A stretch of DNA of 62,184 nt, the filler included. It is 7 parts of 7 records of this genome, joined end to end, with 100 filler letters (N's around TTAATTAATTAA, not from the genome) between each part and the next. Parts side by side here need not be neighbours in the genome. Positions count along the whole stretch, not along the records: positions 1 to 15,052 come from SRR31147125_58336; positions 15,153 to 24,093 come from SRR31147125_58416; 5 more parts are not named here. The stretch is one strand, 5' to 3'. Shown here piece after piece: positions 13,001-22,503 of this stretch (within the stretch, counting starts at the first letter, position 1; every line of letters starts with the position of its first letter). The position numbers were made by a program, and so were the translations under genes. The notes under the pieces are model-generated. The model worked only from the letters and a program-made list of their open reading frames with translations. It did not search any database and was not told the origin of the DNA.

Positions 13001-14531
13001 AGAGACTGTCGAAGAGGCTGGATATCGTCGCTCCTGTGGGATCGCTATCTTCATCTATACTGTTCAGTGTTGCGTCGCCGGTCAGGGTCGGAGCATCTGG
13101 CAGGGGAGTGATGGTGACGTCGAAGGAGACGAAATCATCCCAATTTGTGTTTTCTGTACTGGTCTGGCCGCTATTCTGGTCTACCCGAACTACAATCGTT
13201 GCCATTTCATTCGAATCACTGTCAGGCTGATAAGTCAGTCCCTGCAGAAAAGAATTAATGTCATCCAGGCTGCCAACCGCGCTGAGAGAATTGCTCGATA
13301 CACCGGAGCTTGAAAGGTTGCCAGAGCCCTGGGTAAGCAGTACCTCGGCAATCATGTCGGAGTCACCGCCACTGATATTGACCAGAGACGGGAAGATAGA
13401 GGAGAAATCGAAAGACGAACCTTCAGTAACGGTTTGGTCTGCGATAGTATTCGCGGTATCTCCATCGATCTGTGCATCGGCCAGCAGATGCGGATACTGC
13501 TCCAGTATTGATTGTTCAATCAGGTCTGTTGATATGTCACCTGAAATTACTTCCAGTTCCCAATCTCCCCCAAGCTTTTCCGGGCCAGTCGGGTCATCCG
13601 AAGCAGCAACATCAGCACCGGTGAGCGCGGCAATTTCATCCAGAAGCGTCAGGCCTCCATCGGTTTCAGCTACCGAGCACCCGTAGATAAGCAGGTCACC
13701 GTCCTCACTGAAGCTCTCTCCCCAGCCCATCAACGAGTCGCTGTACTCTTCGATGGTATCACCGGTCAGGTCCGTGGTGCCGAGTGTGATGCTTCCATCC
13801 GAGCCGTGCGAGAAGATATGCAGACCATCGAGGTCGCTTCGCTCCGCGAGGATCTCGTCGATCTGCTCTATCCCGTCGCGGTCCGCATCGAGGGTGACTA
13901 CCTCGATTTCGCTGTCGATGAGCTCGGCCAGAGCCTCATGGTCGGGGGCCGACGGATCGATAATCGCGAGCTGGTTTGTCGAGGGTTCCTGCTCCGTGGT
14001 CTCCGCTTCAGAGACTGCAGCGGTGTCGTCGGCCGGAGGGGTCTCCTCAAGTGCCTGCTCCTCCACCGTTTCACCAGTTTCGGGGCTTTCTGCCGAGGCA
14101 TCTACGGACGTCTCCATGGCGTCTTCAGAGGCGGCCACATCCGCCTGAACGTCAGCGTTGAGGTCCTGGCCGAAAGTGGTTTCGGAATAATCGGTATCCT
14201 GATCCTCGGTGAGCGGTGCGAGCCCCTTGGCCAGTTCTGCAAGAGCCTCCGCCGAGTTCTCCGATGACTCGGCTGTGGCGGCATCGTTATCCTGAGCTTC
14301 AGAGGTGTCGGCTTCACCGGCAGGTGGTTTGATGATGATCTCGTCGCCGTTAATCGCTTCGGCGACGAGTGTTGCACCTGCGGCTACGGCAGACCCGTCG
14401 TACAGCAGGCGTTGTTCGAGTGCGTGCATATAAGCAATTGAACCAGGAGTTTGTGCCGAAGAGTCTTTCTTATCGATTTTTTTTGACTTAGCCATTGTGG
14501 AATCCGGAGACGTTATGCCATCAGCAGGCAT
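10053..14531 (-). CDS. Giant surface protein, N-terminal part: LEPRxLL-type motif, DUF4347 domain, cadherin-like repeats
   Basis: LEQRLLYDG near the N-terminus. DUF4347 signatures LHIFSHGSDG, LLIYGCSVA, LTGADVAASDDPTG..GGDWELE. Repeated NDAP/NDPP and FTQDDID cadherin-like motifs. Ends at a frameshift near 10065. Alternative start ATG at 14495. Confidence 0.9.
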   Translation of the reverse strand: MPADGITSPDSTMAKSKKIDKKDSSAQTPGSIAYMHALEQRLLYDGSAVAAGATLVAEAINGDEIIIKPPAGEADTSEAQDNDAATAESSENSAEALAELAKGLAPLTEDQDTDYSETTFGQDLNADVQADVAASEDAMETSVDASAESPETGETVEEQALEETPPADDTAAVSEAETTEQEPSTNQLAIIDPSAPDHEALAELIDSEIEVVTLDADRDGIEQIDEILAERSDLDGLHIFSHGSDGSITLGTTDLTGDTIEEYSDSLMGWGESFSEDGDLLIYGCSVAETDGGLTLLDEIAALTGADVAASDDPTGPEKLGGDWELEVISGDISTDLIEQSILEQYPHLLADAQIDGDTANTIADQTVTEGSSFDFSSIFPSLVNISGGDSDMIAEVLLTQGSGNLSSSGVSSNSLSAVGSLDDINSFLQGLTYQPDSDSNEMATIVVRVDQNSGQTSTENTNWDDFVSFDVTITPLPDAPTLTGDATLNSIDEDSDPTGATISSLFDSLYQDADTTDTLAGIAIVADASTAGEGTWEYQADSGDWTAIGNVSTSSSLLLSSDTLIRFNPADDYHGDPGSLTVRAVDSSGSRTFTDNSTAQHINTGSGATDISTNTAPLSTSVNPLNDPPVSEDFVETVTKNVTLTGIDLTAHASDVDGGTNSSTDAAIISYTIVSIPTVDQGELQKADGTILAADSSLTPAEAAALKFAPTTNYTGDATFTFQAIDEAGAASDASTVTITVETFNEAPEITIPGTQTVAEDAPAGLTISGISISDLDAGDATIEVTVSTAQGGIVTLSTLDNLTLQDGTTNGSATVTVQGTLANINTALEGLKYDPAENFNGDETITVSVDDTPAGGTKTDSDTFTVTVTPEDDPPDTGSAALADVLEDNTDPSGATVSSLLESYSDIDGDSLAGIAISADISTTSEGIWQYSINDGTTWSSVGTVSAESALLLSAAAKIRFVPASEYSGTVGALTVHAVDDSGSRIFTIDPASRQTTNVSSGDADIDASGNSLTTSVTAVNDPLVVDVDENLIVSEGGTATLSSDMLHITDVEASASQIVYTVTGLPDSAGQLKLNETILNTTTNNTFTQDDIDNNRITFVHNGTEPAVTGSSLTVTYSVTDLVAELGTTEARTLTIDVSPVNDAPELTVGTAAITQGDTLTFSTAILSVTDPDNLDAQLIFRLQSLPTEGTLTINGAPVAVGSTFSYNNLSSIVYTADTDADASANDSFTLSLRDGAGGVVGAEGGTPSTPVTVNITINELNTAPYLSGSQVGNNDQVYLGLDEGETGVQVFPNTEFNDDQTTDPVNLTVEILTLPDSNEAVLKYDGSVVTAGDTFSAANKHLLTIDHVSANEVDPQDVSFTFRVTDDDQTSPLYQDTTVYVELQAINDDPVGTSGSIAIDEGDTVVITTALLNATDVDTDAVELTFQLESRPAYGFLYLGTSPLGEGATFTLTDITSGILRYEHDGTLDANDSFSVTLRDGEGELGRW

Positions 14532-15052
14532 GCGTTAGTGTTGATGGAAGCACCTCGTTGATTGGGAGCTTCCAGGCCCTTTGTCGTCACTGTCGAGTCT
14601 GATGCCGAGGGTATTTCCAGGTGGTGGGGCTTCGTTCCGGTTGGAACGAAATAAAAATGCCGGGGAGCACCGTTCTGACCAGATAATGAGATCAATCTTG
14701 AGAAGATCGTTAGGTTTGCCTGCATTGAGAACCTGATCATTTTTGAATCTGAAAAGCAAAATCTTGGTTATTTTAGGCGATTATCCACCCAGTGCATGAA
14801 TCCATCCTAGCACAAATAGGCTAACAAAACAAACGTTCCTCGTGATTGTTTTGATAATTTTTTAACTAACACTATCACCGTATATTCCGTTTCGGCTGAG
14901 TTTGTACAATTATCTGATAATAAGGACAAATCCGATTACTCCTAAACCGTGGCATGAATCCGTGAGACAGGTTGAATTTTTCCATGAAGCCCAGGGGGAC
15001 TGAATCTTTTTTTCGCGTTTTTTGCGAAAATCATTCTGTCCCCGAGTTGGAA

Positions 15053-15152
15053 NNNNNNNNNNNNNNNNNNNNNNNNNNNNNNNNNNNNNNNNNNNNTTAA
15101 TTAATTAANNNNNNNNNNNNNNNNNNNNNNNNNNNNNNNNNNNNNNNNNNNN
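15053..15152. other. Contig-joining spacer (N-run with TTAATTAATTAA)
   Basis: 100-nt N block with six-frame stop linker; composition changes across it. Confidence 0.98.
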
Positions 15153-15917
15153 CATACTGCCGACTGGAAGCCACCGCAGAACATAAAATCCGTTTCCGGC
15201 CCGGTTATAGCCACCAGCGAATTTTGGGATCATTTGCGAGGTGTACCGGAAGTAGACGCTGCTGTCCGATACGAGTTTTACCCGGGTGCGCCATATTTTA
15301 TCAGTTCCACGACGATGCGGATTAACGAGACAATCGGATGTTTGGCGCTGCGAAATGCGGAAATCGTTTTTAAACGGGAGTTGATGACACATGCCGCCTG
15401 GTACGATATCGTCAGAGACACCATCATCACCTACGATATCACCAATATGCCTGACCTGACCGATTTAAAAATGGAAGCGGACGTGCCCTGGATAACTTTT
15501 TATAATGTCAACACCGGTATAGGTTTTGGCGGTATTCAGTTGAGTTATGCCAACGCGGGATTAGAATCACGATCACGACTTTTAAATCCATACATGTATA
15601 TTACAGGTGGTCCCTGGATCTATTGGGCCAGAGCACTGTCTCTTAGTTTTCTCTCATCCAATATGCAACAGTTAATTCCAGCTATGCAAGGTGCTACTTT
15701 TTCTGAAAAATGGGCCTATGTAACCTATGAAATCGACAAAACAGGACAACCCTACACTCCGATATTAGAATGGAAGAATCGCCTTACAAATCCCCTCAGG
15801 ATACATGTTGTCGAGGAGGTTGATGAGCGTGTCTCAAAAACCGTGGAAGAAATTTATATGGATGAAGGCAAGAGCGGTTGGGAAGGCAGGGAGACGGGCA
15901 AGCATGGGCATGATTAA
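15153..15917 (+). CDS. Hypothetical protein, 5'-truncated by contig edge
   Basis: Frame is open from the first base of the contig (HTADWKPPQNIK...) to TAA at 15917; protein-like composition, no recognisable motif. Confidence 0.7.
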   Translation, partial: HTADWKPPQNIKSVSGPVIATSEFWDHLRGVPEVDAAVRYEFYPGAPYFISSTTMRINETIGCLALRNAEIVFKRELMTHAAWYDIVRDTIITYDITNMPDLTDLKMEADVPWITFYNVNTGIGFGGIQLSYANAGLESRSRLLNPYMYITGGPWIYWARALSLSFLSSNMQQLIPAMQGATFSEKWAYVTYEIDKTGQPYTPILEWKNRLTNPLRIHVVEEVDERVSKTVEEIYMDEGKSGWEGRETGKHGHD

Positions 15918-15992
15918 ATTTTGTTAGATAATTACGTAATCATTTTATTGGATGCGACTATATGAAAATTAAATAATGGAATACATATTAAT

Positions 15993-17628
15993 ATGAAGTC
16001 ACAACGCTTTTGTACGGTTTTTAAGCATATTATCTATCTTTTTGCAGTTACAAGTTTGTTTGTTGTCGGATTCTCCTTTGGTCAAAACAGGCAGCAACCG
16101 GAATCCCCACGGCAGTTACGCTGCGAATACCAGTCAAATCCCCTGGGTATTGATGTTTTAAAATCAAGACTGTCCTGGCTGGTCAATGACAGTCGGCGGG
16201 GAGCAATTCAATCGGCTTTTCAAATACTTGTTGCAAGTGAGGAAGATTATTAGAGAAAAATAAAGGTGATATATGGGATAGCGATAAAGTTCTTTCAGAT
16301 CAGTCGGTGCATGTTCAATATGACGGCCCGTCATTAGAATCGCGAAAAAGATATTTCTGGAAGGTGCGCACCTGGGATGCCCAGGGACAACCTTCGCCCT
16401 ATAGCAAAATTTCCTGGTGGGAAATGGGGCTATTGAAACCTGGTGATTGGCAGGCTGAGTGGATTGCCAAAGAATCTGAAAAGAAAGACCGTGCCACAGA
16501 AGAATGGCCCTGGGGTGAGTGGATCTGGCATCCTACAGAAACCGGGATTGATGTTCCCGTTTACTTTCGCAAGATATTTAAACTTGACCCGGGCAAAAAA
16601 ATTAAAAATGCACTGATTAAAATTACGGCTGATAACTATTTCACCACATATTTAAATGGCGTTGAGCTGGGTGGCGGAGACAGTTGGTCAGATGTTTATG
16701 AGTTTGATTGTCAACAATATGTGCAGCCTGGCAAAAATGTGATCGCGGTAAAAGCCGCCAACGCCCGCGGGGTTGCTTGCGGATTGATTGTCAGCCTAAA
16801 GATTGAATTTAAAGACGGCTCCGGTCTTGTGGTGAATTCTGATAAAAGCTGGATGAGCGAGACCAAAGAACACTCTGGCTGGCGCCTGCCGGATTTTAAA
16901 GACAAGAGTTGGGATAAAGTAAAATCGAACGAAAAATATGGCGGCAGCCAGTGGGGCAAAGTTGACTCGAAAGAAGCTTATGTGCCGCCGCCTTCCGTTT
17001 TTGAGAAAGCAGTTTGGGGTTGATAAACCCATTAAACGGGCCAGGGTCTATGTAAGCGGCCTGGGCAGCTATATTCTGCATATTAACGGCAGCCGTGTAA
17101 GACAAGATATTTTTACACCCGGCTGGACAGATTACCCCAGCCGAATACAATATCAGGTCTATGATGTGACAGCGATACTGAGAGTCCGGAAATGAACTCA
17201 TACAACCTTGTTGACTTTGGTGCTGTTGGCGAATAGTATTATGGCTATCTCGCCGGTTTACGTAATGTTCCTGAACAGCCCGGATTTAAACGGACAATAA
17301 TCGCACCAGTACCTGTTGGCGATTTAACCTGGGTAAATGCTTTAATAGAAGCAATGTATGGTTCTTTGCACAGCTTCTGGGAAAAAGATGAGAAACAAAT
17401 ATCTCTGAAAATTTCAGTACCAGCAAATACCAGCGCTGAAGTCCATGTACCGACTTTTGGCAAAAATAAACCGATTGTTTTTGAAAGTGATCAACTTTTG
17501 TTAAAAAGGGAGAAATTGTAAATAATGTTGATGGCGTGATATTTAAAGAACTCACGTTAAATGAAGCAATTTATACAGTCGGATCAGGTGATTATGAATT
17601 TAAAGTTCAACCTGATACAGAATTCTAA
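15993..17628 (+). pseudogene. Alpha-L-rhamnosidase (GH78) remnant with frameshifts, internal deletion and nonsense codon
   Basis: Signal peptide, then LRCEYQSNPLGID, RYFWKVRTWD, WEMGLL, LRKQF..ARVYVSGLG, PGWTDY..YQVYDVT. Jumps at ~17185 to C-terminal motifs MNSYN..FGAVGE*YY.YLAG..PGFK..IIAP..VPANTSAEV. In-frame TAG at 17234. Confidence 0.8.
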
Positions 17629-18124
17629 TATTAAAAATGAATTCATAAAAGAAATTGTTTATGTAAAGAGTGGCTAGTAATGAAATAAGTAATATTATAG
17701 AGTTCAATTTGATTATTAAAACAAATTTCAATTGTATTTAAACGAGATAATGGCCCATGTTTATTCAGCCAGTTTTACCGCATTTTAATAAATCGAATCC
17801 ATGGCCTTTTGCAGGAATCATCAAGTTAAGCACATTCTTCCAGGGCAGTAATCCATTTAAATCAAGCTGTGAACTAGGGCGCAAAAAAAGCGAATATAGC
17901 CGAACCAAGAGATGCATTTGATTATGAAATTGATTATATTCTATTACAAAAATACAGGACAGAAATTTGTGATATTTTAGAAAAACTGAATAATCATTAA
18001 TTAGTGAGATGCTTATAAGGTTCAACCTTTTATACATCCTGCTAAGAAAATGGTTCGCTTGTCTGATCACATAAAATAACAATAACAGTATATTATTAAA
18101 AAATTAATTCAAAGGAGCTACAAA

Positions 18125-19078
18125 TTGAGTGATTACGATGAACCCGAGGATGCGCAGGTAATGAAAAAGAAATCTGATAAATACAATGGTACCTGGCCCA
18201 CACTGCTTACCCCTTATGATGAGAATTTAAAAATCGATGTGAGTTCTTATCGTAAAATGATAGAGTGGTATTTGAAAAAAAATATCGGTGGAATATATGC
18301 AAATTGTTTGTCCAGTGAAATGTATCATCTGGATCCGGATGAACGTCTGTTGTTGGTTTCTGAAGCTGTGAAAACGGTAGATGGACACGTCCCTGTTGCA
18401 GCAACCGGGAATCTAGGGGATTCCATTGAAGAGCACATAGATTTCTGTCAACGGGTAGCTGATGCCGGTGCTGATGTTGTCATGCTTCTGGTGCCTACAT
18501 TTTGTGATAATGATGCAGATCTGCAACAATATTACATGACTATCTCAGAAAAAGTCAATGCACCTCTTGGTTTATATGAATGCCCACTTCCCAGACACTA
18601 TCTTTTGGGAGTTGATCTGGTCAAAAATTTGGCAATTACAGGGCGTTTCCTCGCTTTCAAGGAAACAAGCTGTGATTTAAATAAAATACGCACATACCTT
18701 GATGTGCTTAAAGACACGCCCATGTCCCTGCTTCAGGCGAATACGCCTTATTTGCTTGATGCTGTTCGATCCGGTCAGTTAGGTGCCATGAGTGTCGTTT
18801 CTATCTGGATCCCGGATTTGGTTGCAGCTGTTGTCAAAGGCGGACGAACAGGAAATCCGCACGTTGAACAATTAAATGGCATTTTATGTACACTGGAAAT
18901 GATGCAGCGGGTTGTACATCCAAAAGGGTCCAAGTACTTATTAAGCAAGAGGGGTGTCCCAATCAGCATGATGTCTCGATCCGCAAAGACCGAGTTTTCT
19001 TCAGAAGTGATTCAGGCCATGGATTGTGTGCATAATCACTGGTTCGATAAGGACGGGAATCTGACTGTATTAAAATAG
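18125..19078 (+). CDS. Dihydrodipicolinate synthase (DapA/NAL) family aldolase
   Basis: GTWPTLLTPYDENLKID, ANCLSSEMYHL, ADVVMLL, GLYECP and the Schiff-base Lys in AFKETS. Alternative start 18161. Confidence 0.85.
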   Translation: MSDYDEPEDAQVMKKKSDKYNGTWPTLLTPYDENLKIDVSSYRKMIEWYLKKNIGGIYANCLSSEMYHLDPDERLLLVSEAVKTVDGHVPVAATGNLGDSIEEHIDFCQRVADAGADVVMLLVPTFCDNDADLQQYYMTISEKVNAPLGLYECPLPRHYLLGVDLVKNLAITGRFLAFKETSCDLNKIRTYLDVLKDTPMSLLQANTPYLLDAVRSGQLGAMSVVSIWIPDLVAAVVKGGRTGNPHVEQLNGILCTLEMMQRVVHPKGSKYLLSKRGVPISMMSRSAKTEFSSEVIQAMDCVHNHWFDKDGNLTVLK

Positions 19079-19517
19079 GATCGCTTTAAATTTCATTCTT
19101 TTTTGAGATCCGATTGTGGAAAGCAATTAAATATTATTTATTTTTATTCATTTTCTGCTTGATAAATTTGATTTTTTCATTACTTTAGCATAGGGTAGGT
19201 GGTGTTATTTTTATTTAACATCACCACACTTTCTTGTTCAGATTTTTATTATTTAACCAGGATGACATGTTTTAATCTTGTTTGAATTCTTTTTATCCCC
19301 AAAAGAATTCATATCTCTTCACATTTGGGGATATACCGATTATGAATGCCTTTTATTTCAGCGCTATAGTTTCTTTGTGTTTCCTATAATATTTTTTATT
19401 AAGGAACAAATCTTGAATTGGAAGGCTTTATATTTTTTCATTATTCGTAACTGACCTACAATATGAATACTCATCGAGTGGTGAGTATGAATAGAAAGAG
19501 CAAGGAGGTAAAGTTAA

Positions 19518-20720
19518 ATGAGCCCAAAATGTTATGATACAGCAATAATTGGTGGGGGCATTGTAGGTTTAGCCACAGCCATGGCATTGTCAAAGCATGC
19601 CAAAGTGGTTGTACTTGAAGCAGAAAATAAAGTGGCTGCCCATCAGACTGGCAATAACAGCGGTGTTATTCATTCCGGATTGTATTATAAACCCGGTTCT
19701 CTCAAGGCTAAAAATTGCACCGATGGCAGGGAGGCAATGTACTCCTTTTGTGAAAAATATAATATTTCACATGACCGTTGTGGAAAAGTAGCCGTTGCGA
19801 CTAAAAAAGAACATATTCCTGCTTTGGAAGAACTACAAAGACGTGGCACGGCTAATGGATTGCAGGGTTTAAAACGAATAGGTCCTGAAGAAATTAAAGA
19901 GCATGAACCTCACACAAGTGGGATTGATGGCCTTTTTGTACCTCAGACCGGGATTGTTGATTTTGTTCAGGTAACCGAAAAATTTGCAGAACTGGTACAG
20001 GAGCAAGATGGTGCGATTAAATTAAACACCAAATTTTATAAGTTAGAACAAGACAATAACGAACTTGTCCTGGTAACTAATCAGGATGAAATTCGCTGCC
20101 GTTACCTGATTAATTGTGGTGGTTTACAATCCGATCGAATCGCGCGAACCTGTGGGGTAAAACCTAATTTGACGATAATCCCGTTTCGGGGTGAATATTA
20201 TGAGCTTAGACCAGAAGCTCATCATTTGGTCAATAACCTGATTTATCCTGTACCTGATCCGAGATTTCCCTTTTTGGGTGTTCATTTTACCCGAATGATA
20301 CAGGGTGGTGTTGAAGCAGGTCCAAACGCAGTTCTCGCTTTTAAACGAGAAGGCTATAAAAAATCAAGTTTCTCGATTAAAGATTCCCTGCAATATGCAA
20401 CTTATGGTGGTTTCTGGCTCATGGCCATGAAATTCTGGAAAATGGGCATGGGTGAATTTTATCGTTCATTTAGCAAGAAAGCTTTTGTAAAAGCATTACA
20501 GGAATTAATTCCAGAAATTACGGATGAGGACGTTATTTCAGCAGGAGCAGGAGTACGTGCACAAGCATTGGAGGCAAATGGTGCACTTGTTGATGATTTC
20601 CGTATTGTCGAAGCTGAGCGGATGATTCATGTACTCAATGCACCTTCTCCCGCAGCAACAGCTGCCATTAGCATAGGAAAAACTATAGCAGGTATAGCAG
20701 AGAAAAAATTTGGACTATAA
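19518..20720 (+). CDS. lhgO: L-2-hydroxyglutarate oxidase
   Basis: IIGGGIVGLATA FAD motif, HQTGNNSGVIHSGLYYKPGSLKA, IYPVPDPRFPFLGVHFTR, GVRAQA, NAPSPAATA; AGGAGG RBS upstream. Confidence 0.92.
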   Translation: MSPKCYDTAIIGGGIVGLATAMALSKHAKVVVLEAENKVAAHQTGNNSGVIHSGLYYKPGSLKAKNCTDGREAMYSFCEKYNISHDRCGKVAVATKKEHIPALEELQRRGTANGLQGLKRIGPEEIKEHEPHTSGIDGLFVPQTGIVDFVQVTEKFAELVQEQDGAIKLNTKFYKLEQDNNELVLVTNQDEIRCRYLINCGGLQSDRIARTCGVKPNLTIIPFRGEYYELRPEAHHLVNNLIYPVPDPRFPFLGVHFTRMIQGGVEAGPNAVLAFKREGYKKSSFSIKDSLQYATYGGFWLMAMKFWKMGMGEFYRSFSKKAFVKALQELIPEITDEDVISAGAGVRAQALEANGALVDDFRIVEAERMIHVLNAPSPAATAAISIGKTIAGIAEKKFGL

Positions 20721-20885
20721 AGGCACTTTAATTATTAAGCAAAAGTTGAAATGTCTGGCACATATCTTCTGGTAGTAATGATTCGGATTTGCCTTCTCAC
20801 ATTTGTTTAAAGTAGAATCCTGGCAAATCAGTTGGTACATGAAAAGGCGTTAGTGGGAAAATAAAATGAATCTTAAAGGAATGGA

Positions 20886-21698
20886 ATGCGAGTTATGGGT
20901 AATGTTCGGAGTTTAGTAATATTAACCTTTTTGGCAGGTATGATTATTATGGCATGTCAGCAAAATCAGGAAACAGAAAAAATGATCATCACCGCTCATC
21001 GCGGCGCATCGGGTTGGGCACCGGAAAATACATTGGCTGCCTTTAAAAAGGCGATGGACATGGGCGCAGATTATTCCGAGCTGGACGTTCAACTCTCCAG
21101 GGATGAGCAGGTCGTCCTTTTGCACGATGATACATTGGATCGGACTACAACCGGACAAGGTATGCTCGGTAATTTTACATTAACAGAACTTTCGAAATTT
21201 GATGCCGGCTCATGGTATGCACCGCAGTATAAAGGAGAATCCTTACCAACTTTAGAAAATGTGATCCAGCTGGTCAGAGGAAAGATGAAGCTTAATATCG
21301 AAATAAAAGTGGCAGAAAACGCATCTGGTCCACATATTGCTGAAAAGGTTATCAATGTTATCCGTTCTGAGGGATTCGAAAAGGAATGCATGATCACATC
21401 TTTTGACCGGTCCGCTGTCGAATACATAAAAGAAGTGGCCCCGGAATTAACGACTGGTTTAATATTTGGTGATAAATATGAGGGAAATGTTTTTGCCGGA
21501 AGTTGGGATGTTCTTAGTGCGAACTATAAGGTGATAAATTCCGATTTTATAAGTAATGCTCGAAAAGCACATAAAAAGATTCATGTTTGGACTGTAAATG
21601 AAAAACAGGCTATGCAAGATCTCATAGATATGAAAGTGGATGGTATTATCACAAATTATCCCGATAAACTTGTTGATGTTTTAGAAAATAAAAATTGA
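20886..21698 (+). CDS. Glycerophosphodiester phosphodiesterase (probable lipoprotein)
   Basis: AHRGASGWAPENTLAAF, ELDVQLSRD, LHDDTLDRTT, NIEIK, VWTVN, DGIITNYPD; lipobox-like IIMAC. Confidence 0.92.
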   Translation: MRVMGNVRSLVILTFLAGMIIMACQQNQETEKMIITAHRGASGWAPENTLAAFKKAMDMGADYSELDVQLSRDEQVVLLHDDTLDRTTTGQGMLGNFTLTELSKFDAGSWYAPQYKGESLPTLENVIQLVRGKMKLNIEIKVAENASGPHIAEKVINVIRSEGFEKECMITSFDRSAVEYIKEVAPELTTGLIFGDKYEGNVFAGSWDVLSANYKVINSDFISNARKAHKKIHVWTVNEKQAMQDLIDMKVDGIITNYPDKLVDVLENKN

Positions 21699-21918
21699 TT
21701 TTTATTTATCTTGTTTATTTATCTTGACATTGTAATTATTAAAGCTTAATTTTTTAAAGAGCTAAAGTCTACAAAAAGTTATATAATAATGAAAATTAAT
21801 CAAATTTTGTGATTATCTATTAAAAGGAGGTATATTCTTTATTAAAAATTATGTGCACTTTCTTTTCAAATAAACACGCTTACGCGAGGCCGAATGTTCA
21901 CAATCGCTTCGACATTAT

Positions 21919-21978
21919 TCTAATCTAATCTATTCTATTCTATTCTAATCTATTCTATTCTAATCTATTCTAATCTAA
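21919..21978. repeat. Tandem array of 12 TCTA(A/T) pentamers
   Basis: TCTAA TCTAA TCTAT TCTAT TCTAT TCTAA TCTAT TCTAT TCTAA TCTAT TCTAA TCTAA read directly. Confidence 0.9.
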
Positions 21979-22503
21979 ATTCTCCACATTTCGAATAAAA
22001 ATAACGCTGGAATTTCATATTTGGGTTTTACATTAATTAGTAAAATGATCCCATGATTATGAAAAAAATCGTATTGAGTGATTCAGGTAAATTATCCCGA
22101 TGTAAAGACCTGGAAATAGTCGAACCAATAAATTAAGAATAAAATACAATGTGATGCTGTTGTATATGCATATATTAATCCTGGTGAATAAATTGGGATG
22201 GGTAAAGGGAAAATTACAGGATTACATAAAATCTCATTTATAGCACAAAAATTATACATTTTATTCAAAGTGAGAGGGGTACACAAGTTCTGATCTCGGG
22301 TAAAGACGCATTCTGCATTTATATTTTTTCTCTTCCATTAGATTATCTAACGAGAGCGCACAGCGGAATGAGATCCTCTCCTAATTTGTAATAGTCATCT
22401 TTTGGAATTGATTTTTTTCGATGCTCTGTAGAAGGCCAGGTAATAATTGTTTTGCCACAAATCATCATTTGAACTGCAACAAGAGTATGTTGGGAATTTA
22501 TTT

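Noticed and set aside
201-14267. Dozens of plus-strand ORFs rich in S/V/P/T
   Set aside because: Antisense shadows of the giant minus-strand adhesin; no motifs of their own.
15097-15108. TTAATTAATTAA palindrome recurring six times
   Set aside because: Artificial six-frame stop linker embedded in N spacers.
19190-19500. Several hairpins upstream of lhgO as a possible riboswitch
   Set aside because: No recognisable riboswitch consensus; short inverted repeats are expected in AT-rich DNA.
21919-21978. Possible CRISPR array
   Set aside because: 5-bp units with no spacers; no CRISPR repeats or cas genes seen anywhere in the window.
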